A DNA stretch of 64,000 nucleotides from Eledone cirrhosa (taxonomy: Eukaryota), in NCBI GenBank assembly GCA_964016885.1, contig OZ024743.1, positions 327,670,001 to 327,734,000 on the forward strand, written 5' to 3'. This document shows positions 13,910-24,296 of this stretch, piece after piece. Position numbers and translations under genes: made by a program. A model generated the notes under the pieces. The model ran no database searches. It saw only the letters and a list, made by a program, of their open reading frames with translations, and was not told the DNA's origin. Numbering within the stretch: position 1 is the stretch's first letter; each line of letters begins with the position of its first letter.

Positions 13910-14512
13910 TCTAGGGCAGGTAAAATTCCCGAGATCCATGGACAAGTTCTCTCCAGCAGTCTCAGTCCCTCATTATCGCTGCCATGTCCTGCGTCTCGAA
14001 GAGACCAGTGTCTATCCTTAGGGCATCAACATATGTTAACCTCGGTCTTCCTCTTCCAGTGTGTCCATGCAGGGGCTCCCACAGGAGCACTGAGTGCAGT
14101 GTCAACTCTGGATGTCGATGAGCATGTCCAGCTAACCTCAGTCTGCTCTGTGTCACTTTTGAGGTGACTTTTGGGTGGCTCCCGTACAGCTCTGAGTTCT
14201 TCATCCTCAGTGTATACTGATTAATGTTCAGAGCCATCCTCAGCATTCTCATGTAGCACCCATCCACCATCTGAGTGGATTTCTTGGTCAGTGTCGAAGT
14301 CTTAGACTTGTAGAGCAGCACATACTCCACTACAGCAACAAAGAGGTGGATCTTCAGGTCTTTACGAAGGTCCGACTTCCACACCGATCTCAAGCTGTGG
14401 CACGCTGCCCAGGCTTTGCTCTTCCTCTCGACCGCATCATCTTCTGTATTCCCAATTTTTGCCCCCAAATACAGGAGGTCCTCAACCAATTCTAGCGGTT
14501 TCCCGCCTACAT
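13910..14512 (-). mobile_element. RTE-group LINE 3' fragment
   Basis: ORF 13962..14564: YLG, VLLY, RLRLAGH, LLWEP-HG, GRGRP motifs of the RTE thumb/C-terminal region. Confidence 0.8.
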
Positions 14513-15708
14513 TAGTAATCATCATCATCATCACCGTTTTACGTCCGTTCTTCCACGCTAGCATGGGTTAGACGGGTTGTCCTGTTGTGGGCAGTGTCTG
14601 GTCGGCTGACCATGCCTTGCTCATACAGGAACTGATCTGGCTTGATTTCTACAGCTGGATGCCCTTCCTAACACCAACCTCATTTACAGTGAGTGCTGGG
14701 TGCTTTTTCGTGGCGCCTACACGTCCACTTTACAGTGTGGGCTGGGTGCTTTTTTGCCGTGGCACCTCCACGACCACCTTGCGGTGGGGGGGGGGGGCAT
14801 ATTGTTTATATGCTTCAGCATGTACCCATGGGAGGTCTAAACTATAATAAAAAAGCGCAGGACTGTGTATGGTTTATAATTTTTTATCCCCTTAGTAAAA
14901 TAAGTTGAATTACTTTGAATAAATAATTGTTTCTACTTTAGGCACAAGGCCAGCAATTACCCAGTGCATTACTGGTACTTTATTTTATCGACCCCGTAAG
15001 GATGAAAGGCAAAGTCAACCTTGGCGGGATTTGAACTCAGATCGTAAAGGGACGTAACTATGCTGGAAAGCATGGCGTCCGACCCTCTACTGATACTGCC
15101 AATCCACCGCACTTTGAATAAATAATGAATATTACATAATTTATCTAACAAATTTCGTGGCTGTTCATTAAATATATTTTATTACTTATTTAAAGATTCA
15201 CTTCTTTAAAATTTTCAAATGTCAACACTTCCGGTTAGTGATCGTTTAAATAAATATTCATATATTTCTGTCACTAATTTTCTCCTAATGCAGTTTATAT
15301 ATAATATCGTCTTTTTTTAATGTATCATGGATTACGTTACTGATTACAGTCTTAGTTCAATTTCTGTGTATAATGTCAATTACGGTTTTATTTGATCATA
15401 TCTACATGTATATATACTTGCGTATAATATCAATATACACACTATACGAGCTAGCAGAAAACCACCCGAGGGGTGGTTTCTCTGCTAGGTATATATATAA
15501 CGAAGGAAGTGTGGTAAAGGACCATAACGCACCAGAGTACTCGCTATTTTGGGCAGTAGAGTGGGTGATAGGAAAAAGGTTCAGGAGCTTCGACGGCTAG
15601 GGGTCCTGAACCTTTTCCTATATATATTAGCCTACATAGAGCAGTCTTTTTTTCTTGTACCTTTCCAACGAAAATACTTTACACACACACACACATATAT
15701 ATTCTAGT

Positions 15709-15920
15709 CGATCGACGTTCGTCAAATCGGACCGAGGAAACTATGTTTCCGTTGGTCTTTCCAATTGCTAATACTATCTATCGGTCGCAACTCCAGGTAG
15801 AAGGAGCAACGTGAAATAAAGTGTCTTGCTCAAGGACATAACGCATCGCCTGTTTCAGGAATCGAACTAACAACCTCACGATTGTGAATCCAATACTCTA
15901 ACCACTCAGCCACACGCCTT

Positions 15921-15964
<44 letters not shown>

Positions 15965-16460
15965 CACACACACACACATACAAGATAAGCCCGGAAAGAT
16001 TGAAAAAAAATGTGATAGAAAAGAGTAATATCACGTACTCTTGGGTGGTCTCGAACAATACCTCTTCGCTTATTGGTTTTTCAGCCCCCCCCCCCCATTT
16101 TAAATTTTGTTAATCCATCCTCGGAGAAATTTTTCTTTATACATTAAAACACATTTCACACAACCAAAAAAGTACATTACTAGAAATCCCATATATTATA
16201 AAATTGTTTTTGTTTTTAAATCAACGAAGACACCTCTTATTCCACCTCTATTATAGTGAAGGCGTGTGGCTGAGTGGTTAGAGAATTGGATTCGCAATCG
16301 TAAGGTTGTGAGTTCGATTCCTGGACCAGGCGATGCGTTATGTCCTTGAGCAAGACACTTTATTTCACGTTGCTGGAGTTGCGACCGATAGATAGTATTA
16401 GCAATTGGAAAGACCAACGGAAACATTGTTCCCTCGGTCCGATTTGACGAAAGTCGATCG
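15709..16460. mobile_element. Inverted pair of tRNA-derived SINEs (15709-15923 minus, 16256-16460 plus)
   Basis: A box tggctgagtgg and B box gttcgattcc; the copies are reverse complements of each other over about 205 bp. Confidence 0.85.
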
Positions 16461-18187
16461 TTCCTATTATTTGAAACCTGAGAGTACGTAGAAAGAAAAT
16501 GAGACGTCGGGTTTTAGCACTGAGTGAAATTGAAACCAAGAAGTTTGCTCTCTCTCTCTCTGTGTGTGTGTGTAAATGAAAATGTGCGTAATTCTGGCAT
16601 GTTTATCCAGCTTTTTCTGATATCATGTGCGATAAACTTTTAAACTACCTTGAAATCAATGTTGACAATGTGAGTTTTGGGTCAATAAAGAGTGCTTATT
16701 GTATTGGCAATAAATCTTGGGAAAATGATGTTGACATGTCCATCATTGGAGTATTTCGTAAAACTAACCGAGTAAAATCATCTGTCAATTCTTTTTTATC
16801 ATTTAATCAAAGAGAAAGGGCAGTGCCTATGAACCTGTCCAGGGCCCCCGAGACTGGTGAGAGGGAAGAAGAAAAGTATTCTTAAAACAGAGACCTGGTC
16901 TGAATACTTGCAATAGAATGACCCCCAGTATATAGCACACAAGGGCCAAAAGCGAGCGACAGATCAAATACGCCGCCCGGACAGGATTTGAAGTCAGAAT
17001 GCAGAAATAAACACTACAAGGCATCTGGCTCCACACTTAAACAATACTTAAATAAAGCGATCAATTTTCATTTAGATAAGTTACCATATTTCTAACAAAA
17101 GACACTGCCTATGATTACTAATTCATTTTGAAAATAGTCAAGAATTTTAAGGGGTTTAAGCTGATGTTTGGTACATAACAATTCTTACAAAAAATTATGA
17201 TGGAAGGTTTTTAGATAAATATAAGCACTTTAAAACGAACAGTTTTGTATCAGAAACAAGGAGTTTCACGCGGTTTCGTATTTGAAAGGGTTAAAGATTA
17301 CGAAAGACTAAACATTTGTTTTAACAGCTTTAAACATCTTTTTATATTACTGAATGGCTTAACAGAATACACGAGCAAAATACTCCCCTTTCTGGAAAAT
17401 CAAAATGATGTTTCAATTTTTGCGAGATGAAATTGACGAATTACATCTATACAGTCCTGATCGTCATTACAAAAAAAAAAAAAAAAAATGAAAACAGAGA
17501 AATCGTTCTGCGATAAATGGTAAATAATTCCGAAAGTATGTTTCTATAAAATTTGAAATGCTGTTGCTTTAATGATTAAAATGTCGTGCCACATGGACAG
17601 ATGATATATTTATTATTATTTGGAAGAACATAAAGTGGTCATTGAAATGAAAACATTGCAACCATCACAATATTTTCGTTATAGAAAGTGAACGAGTACT
17701 TTCAATATTGAATATACATTACTTTCATATTTTGTTGGTATTCTGTAATAGAGCCTAATTCCCGAATTTAATGTATTTTTTTAATATATTATTACATAGA
17801 ATTAACACTAAAATATATTTTTCGAGAAGTTCTGGTTAGGATCCTATATAAATTTACTACTATAGCAACATTTACGCGAAAGGTTTTAAATGTCAACCTA
17901 GTAAATACACATAACTAAAAATAACCAACAACTAAATTTAGATGCTGATATCTTGGTTCACATTATTTACACAGAAACATTGTATGTGAGGTATATAGAG
18001 ACACTGTCAATTAGAATGAAATAATTCTAAGTCAAATAAACAGACTTTATGTATAATATTTACATGATCTTGTTATCAATCTCTTTATTGAGAGTTAAAA
18101 CATGTTTTATAATGAATATTTGACAACAAATGTGCGATAGACGTACACACACACACATATATTCATTATATTGTTATATATATTTAC

Positions 18188-18221
18188 CTGGAGGTAGAGC
18201 CGGTCCGTATATTTCAGACAT
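18188..18221 (-). CDS. GPALPP1: GPALPP motifs-containing protein 1, coding exon 1 (MSEIYGPALPP-G, phase 1 donor)
   Basis: Reverse strand reads ATG TCT GAA ATA TAC GGA CCG GCT CTA CCT CCA G|gtaaat; GPALPP motif; phase fits exon 2. Confidence 0.9.
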
Positions 18222-18426
18222 TGGCTAAATAAGTTAAATAGTATATCAGATAAATAACAAACAAATTCCTTGATGGCTACAAGATCATTTGTAAATACAA
18301 AGTGCTTTTATAAAAAGGATTGTGATTGGTTAAAATGCTAAGGTTGGCTAATCATATCACTTCTTAGTAATAGTCTTCATTCTTTAGGTTGTAGTCGAAA
18401 GCACATGTCCTAACTTTATATCTAAT
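18222..18426. promoter_or_regulatory. Putative bidirectional promoter and 5' UTRs of GPALPP1/PIN4
   Basis: 205 bp between divergent ATGs; near-palindromic CTTTTATAAAAAG at 18305-18317 (TATA-like on both strands); ATTGG (CCAAT box) at 18325-18329. Confidence 0.6.
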
Positions 18427-18537
18427 ATGCCGAAAAATAAAGGGGGTGCTGCGAAAGGAGGGAAAAATAAGGATAGCGGTGAAAAGTCGAAAGAGGAAGG
18501 GAAGAAAAAAGATATCAAAGGAGGAACATCGGTTAAA
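18427..18537 (+). CDS. PIN4: Peptidyl-prolyl cis-trans isomerase NIMA-interacting 4 (parvulin-14), exon 1
   Basis: Basic Lys/Gly-rich N-terminus MPKNKGGAAKGGK...GGTSVK, then AAA|gtaagt donor. Confidence 0.93.
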
Positions 18538-19689
18538 GTAAGTAGAGTTATTGGCTCATTTTCGTTCTCATCATTTACAAAAATTATATTTCAGACAGAG
18601 CCAGATTATGTTAGTACGAGGTCGTTAGATATTCTAAAAAGGAGCCCTAAATTAAAAACAAAATATGTCAAAGCAGTATAGTACTGTAGTATAAAGAACT
18701 TAGCATGGCTGCCCGTATATTACTATGTTTACTTATTTCAAAGGGTTGAAATATTTGATGGTCAAGGATTTATGAAACTAGAACTTAAGTAATTGAACGT
18801 TTAATTTACGTCAAACATTGTTGTTATTGCGATAGTAGTGGTTGTAGGAACTCTGATGACCAACACAATGATTTTTCATTTTAAAATTTGGACACTTGCA
18901 ACTTCTAAAACTCATAGTATCTTGACAACTTTGCCTGGGCCTTTCGCTAAAGGGGGCACTGGATAGCACTGCCCCTACCCCTACTCTTCAATGATGCATC
19001 CTCAAATTTAGAAAAACTATGGTGAATTGCTTATTCCGAAACTCCACCATAAAATTATTGCAAATTAAAGTGACCACCCAGAATGTTCGGTACCTGGCGA
19101 CGAGCCTGACTTTGCCACGAAGTTAACATTTTTTTTAAAATTTCGCTGCCTCACTCGACGATCTGTATGCATAAAAACATCTATTTCACAATACATTGTC
19201 ATCTGATGTAAACAGAAGAATCCAGAAGCGGAGGGTAAGTTAGTTGGAAGTAGTAGATACTCGTTCGGACGTCACTTCCTCACATAAATAACATACAGAT
19301 ACTCTAATGTACTGTATATCATCATCATCTAACCATCTTAATCGGGGTCTACTCCTAGGTCTCCTGCCGCAAAATCTGTCCAGCGATTCTTTCCTGAGAC
19401 ATTCCAATCACATGCACATAGTATCGGAATTGTGATCTCTTAATTTGGAGAAGTAGCGGCTCTACATAGAGTAACGTTACTCCAAAGACCGTTCGGAGGA
19501 ACCCTATTTCGGCCGCTTGTATTCACGATCGTATTCTTTCGGTCGTTCCCCAAGATTCATGACCATGGGGAAAATTCATTTAAATAAAAGGACCCCTTTT
19601 GGGATCCCCTATAACAATTACCTCTCTCACAGATTGTTATACAGTGATAACAATCAAAAGAGAAATATAGGTATTATAGAAAGACACTC

Positions 19690-20320
19690 CCATTGATTTT
19701 CGTTCTTTTTTTTTTTTTGTGTGTAATCAATTAAACATAGCTTATGTGCCGCAAATGACTTTTTCCCCGGAAAAAGGTAGGGAGATCCTCGGACCTTTCA
19801 CCCCCAACCCCCAGTTTTCTTTGTCATTTTTTATATCGGTTTTTTCGTGTGCTACCAACATCTTACCTCCAAACATGCTGCAAGGGACTTTTTTTCCGGA
19901 ATATGGAGGTGGGACCTTTGGACCTCTCCCCAGAGTCTTCTTTACCCCTTAATCCTTATCCCAAACCTAACCCTAACTCTTTGCAGCATGTTTGGAGGTA
20001 AGATTAGTTGGTAACACACAAAAAAAAAAAAAAAAAAATGGTAAAGAAAACTCGGGAGTCTGAGAGTCTCTCCCCCTCTTTCTCTCTCTGCCTTTTCCGG
20101 GGAAAAAAGTCCTTTGCACTATATTAGGAGGTAATTTTAATTGATAGAATACAAAATTACTGAAAAAAAAAAAAAAATGATTTCCCACCCTCTTTCTATA
20201 AAGTCCGAGGGCCACCTCTGTATTCCTGGGGAAAAAAAGTCCTTTGCAGTATGTTTGGAGGCAAGATTAGGCACACAAAAAAGAAAACGGGTAAAAAAAT
20301 GGTAAATATTATAGCCCCTT
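19690..20320. repeat. Foldback-like element with internally repeated inverted arms
   Basis: cctccaaacatgctgcaagggactttttt blocks on the left, reverse complements on the right, central cctaaccctaac. Confidence 0.55.
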
Positions 20321-20720
20321 TCTTAAAGTAGTGGGTGAACACACTGAGCCAACATAGGGTAACGGGGACACTCTGGCCCTTTTGTGCACCTGACACCCTC
20401 TCTAAGGCTGAAGCCACAATAAAATGCCCTCAGTACATTCTGTAAAGTGGTTGACATTAGTAAGCGCATCCAACCATAGAAAACATACCAAATATGGAAT
20501 GTGGTAGCAAGATGAGGGACCTCTGGCTCATCTAATCTTGGATTGTGACAACCCACCCAACTCATGCCAACATGGAAAATAGATGTAAAATGATGGTGAG
20601 ACTACACAATACTGCCAGCAATTATCTCAACATTGACAATTGTGCTTGCATTTTAAATAATGATACACTAAAGTGTCTGTTATATAGGCCTGCGAAGTTA
20701 ACACATTGACTGCAGTATGT

Positions 20721-20767
<47 letters not shown>

Positions 20768-21127
20768 TGTTATGAGTATCTATGGACTTCAAAAGGTTTT
20801 AGAAGCTTAAGACACTCTGCTTTCATAATTAAAACTCATTAAGTGTAGACAATTCCTATTCATGCTGCTACTTACATCACGGCTATAAAATCACTTCATT
20901 AGACAAATTACAAGTGATTCATTCTGTAATCACAGCTCTTTATATCACTTCTATACACAGGGATAATTACATAATAATTGGATCAAATGCAATTGCAAAT
21001 CATCATTGGCATCGCTTTTATGTCAACTTTCCATGTTAGCATGGGTTGGATGGGTCGTCTCAGTTTGAGTCCAGATGGGTTGGAGCGACCTCGTATATTA
21101 CATATTTAGCATAGTTTTTATGTTGGG

Positions 21128-21465
21128 ATGCACATGGCTTAGTGGTTAGAGCATTGGGCTTCCAATCGAAAGGTTGTGAGTTCAATTCTCAGACCAGGTG
21201 ATGTGTTGTTTCCTTGAGCAAGACACTTTATTTCACATTGCTCCAGTTTACTCAGCTGTAGAAATGAGATAATAGGGACTGGGGTCCATATCATTCCACT
21301 GCAAAGTGGTCGTGGTGGTGCCACGGCAAAAAAGCACCCAGCACTCACTGTAAATGAGGTTGGTGTTAGGAAGGGCATCCAGCTGTAGAAATCAAGCCAG
21401 AATCAATTCCCGTCCCACCCTTGCAAGCAGGGAAAAAGCGGACGTAAAATGAAATGATGATGATG
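21128..21465 (+). mobile_element. tRNA-derived SINE, full length (family 1; other copies or fragments at 33085-33413, 46905-47255, 56200-56485, 62130-62440, 14520-14835, 39808-40078)
   Basis: A box tggcttagtgg, B box gttcaattc, ccttgagcaagacac block, ggaagggcatccagctgtagaaa block, (GAT)n tail. Confidence 0.85.
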
Positions 21466-22005
21466 AATGATGCCTATCCTAATGCCAACCCCCTTATAGG
21501 ATGTACTGGGTGCATTTTTCATGACACCAACACTATCACTTTATAGGGTGTATGGGTACATTTTATTGTGGCACCTAGACTAATGCTTTCCAGGGTATAC
21601 TGGGTGCAATTTATCATGGTACCAAGACTAATGCTTTACAGGGTGTACTGAGTGCATTTTATTGAGGCACTAGAGAGGTTGTCGCATACTAAATCAAACT
21701 AGAAAGTCCTCTCCTATCCTATATTAATCTCCATTGGATTCTATTGCCAACCACTGTAGCCTTCAATCTTTCACCATATTTTTACTTTTAGTGTTACTTG
21801 TACTGGTGGATAGGTCATTTGCAAAAGGGATAACATTTTGAGTAACCCAGTACATTTCTCTATTAATATCCAGTTTTTGTTTTGTTGTCTAGAGAAAGTG
21901 GGTTGATGTGTTAGAAGGGGCTGTTGTTATTGTATTTCACTAAGACAGCATATTGGCAGAATCATTAGTGGGCTGTAAATTCCATTTTTGTTCTTTTATT
22001 TTCAG

Positions 22006-22125
22006 GTGCGCCATATTCTGTGCGAAAAGCAATCAAAGGCTTTAGAAGCAATTGAGAAGTTAAAGAGTGGCATGAAGTTTAATGAAGTAGCTACTCAGTA
22101 CAGCGAAGATAAAGCTCGGAGTGGG
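22006..22125 (+). CDS. PIN4: PIN4 exon 2 ([40 protein letters not shown])
   Basis: ttttcag|GTG acceptor, GGG|gtcagt donor; parvulin VRHILCEK and YSEDKAR motifs. Confidence 0.95.
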
Positions 22126-23271
22126 GTCAGTATTATAAAGCAGTAACACTTCATGTGTAATTTATCAATTTTTATCAAACTCAGATATCTTTCTTTAGCA
22201 TATGACCATTTTTCTTTGTTAGGGGAAGACACATAGTTAGTTGGTTCATGATCATCATCCTTTTACACCTTGTTTTCCATGCTTGCATGGGTTAAACAAA
22301 TCTTCTGTACCACAGCATCCTTTCACTTATTGTGTTCTTTTGCCATCTCCTCTGTGAGTTTCAAATCCAGTACATTATTGTTGGTTTCAGTCATTTATGT
22401 GGTAGCAAAAGGTTAGAGAGCTGTTACCTCTGTTGGCAACAATGGGTTTCTCTCTCAGAGTGATGTTGCATAGTAGTGAGACATGGGTCTCGAATGCAGA
22501 GGATTTGTGTACATGCTCTATTGGATGTGTAATATTAGCATGCATGAACAACAGAACACAAATGAGCTGAGAGAAAAACTAGATGCAAAAAGAATTGAAT
22601 GTAGTATGTAAGAGAGAAGACTTTGCTGTTATGTGTATGGAGGAGGCTAATTGTATATTGAAGTGCCAAGTGTTCAAAGAAAATGGAATCTGTGGGAGAG
22701 GGAATCCAAGAAAGATATGGAATAAAGTGTTTACAACTGATTTCAAGGGACTGACCATATGAAGATGACAAAGGATTGCAATTTGTGGTGAAACACTGTG
22801 CTGGAGGGGACTCATGCAAACATGACCATCGCTCTTGTACTGGTTCTATGATAAAATGCACCTAACATCCAGCCATAAAATACATGTTGAGTGTGACATG
22901 ATTCCTGACCCATCAAGAAGGGCAGTATCACTGAATAAGAAATGACTCGGTTCATAATAACCCATCTAACCCAGTGGTGTTGGGTGTGGTGGTAGCTGGA
23001 GCAGCTCAAGATGCTGAACCTCACAGAAAATTAGAAAAGAACACAACAGGTAGAAAGACGCTGTGCTGATGAGGGCTCATCTAACCCATGCAAGCATGGA
23101 AAAGTGGACCTAGAAATGATGGCATTGGTGATAATGGGGAGGAGGAAGAGAAGGTACAAAGCCTGTGGTAGAGAGAATTTGTTTTGTTTTAGTTAAACCC
23201 ATTCAGCTTTTCTTCAATTGTTTTGTATTTTCATTTATGGCTGTTTTATTTTTTTTTTTTTTTTATTATAG

Positions 23272-23430
23272 GGTGATCTTGGCTGGATGACTCGTGGAAG
23301 CATGGTTGGACCATTCCAGGAAGCAGCTTTTGCACTCACTCCTAGTTCTGTAAATTCTCCTTCTTACACAGATCCTCCTGTAAAAACTAAGTTTGGTTAC
23401 CATGTTATAATGATTGAAGGCAAAAAATAA
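23272..23430 (+). CDS. PIN4: PIN4 exon 3 ([22 protein letters not shown]...[17 protein letters not shown])
   Basis: Poly-T tract plus ag acceptor; [15 protein letters not shown] and TKFGYH rotamase motifs; TAA stop. Confidence 0.95.
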   Translation, partial: GDLGWMTRGSMVGPFQEAAFALTPSSVNSPSYTDPPVKTKFGYHVIMIEGKK

Positions 23431-24296
23431 TATAAACTATTTTTTCATTATTTGTAGTTTCAATTTATTTCTCAATTTTGTGTTTTATTTAAGTGCATTT
23501 AAAAAAAAATTCAATTCATTTTAAGGCCTGAATGAGCTGAGAGTAAAACTGGGCATAAGAAGAATGAGATATAGCTTGCAGGAGAGAAGGCTGCATTGGT
23601 ATAGACATGCAATGTGCATGGATGATAATAATTAGGTAAAGAAATGCTAGGGGTTTCAAATGGAAGGAAACCAAGAAAGATGTGTGTAGTGGTGGTAAAT
23701 GCTGATTTCAAGAAACTGAACCTTACAAAGGAGATGACAAAGGAAAGAACAAGTGGAGAGATACTGTACTGAAGAGGATTCATCTAACCAATGCAACCAT
23801 GAAAATAAAGACAAAAACGATGATGAGGACAAATCCTAATTTGGTCCTGAAATGCTGCAAGAAAATTTGAACTATTTAAAATGACAATAACTCGTAATCA
23901 CTGGTTTTGCAGATATATCATCATCATCGTTTGTTTTTCCGTGCTTGCATGGGTTGGATGGGTCCTTTTCAGCATAGCATTTCTCCACTCACCATGTTTC
24001 TTCGCCATCTTTTTTGTGATTCTTAGTGATTTGAGGTCAGCTCTCACTACCTCTGTCCAGTTCTTTCTCAGTCTACCTCTATTGCTGCTTCCATCCACTG
24101 AGTTTCCTGGCACTTCTTCAACCATCAATCATGATTCATGTGCATCACATGTCTGTACCAACGCAGTCTTCTCTTCTGCACAACACCTCAGATTCCTCTT
24201 AAACCCAGCTTCTTCCTCATTTCTTTTATGTGTGTGTGTGTATATCATCATCATCGTTTAACGTCCATCTTCCATGCTAGCATGGGTATATGTATA

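Noticed and set aside
14587-14908. Recurrent ORFs such as [17 protein letters not shown]
   Set aside because: Antisense readings of the multi-copy SINE/RTE 3' UTR, not a protein family.
16256-16330. tRNA gene
   Set aside because: A and B boxes are present but no clean cloverleaf; continues into SINE body found in several copies.
19960-19980. Telomeric repeat (cctaac)
   Set aside because: Only about two units, in the centre of a foldback repeat.
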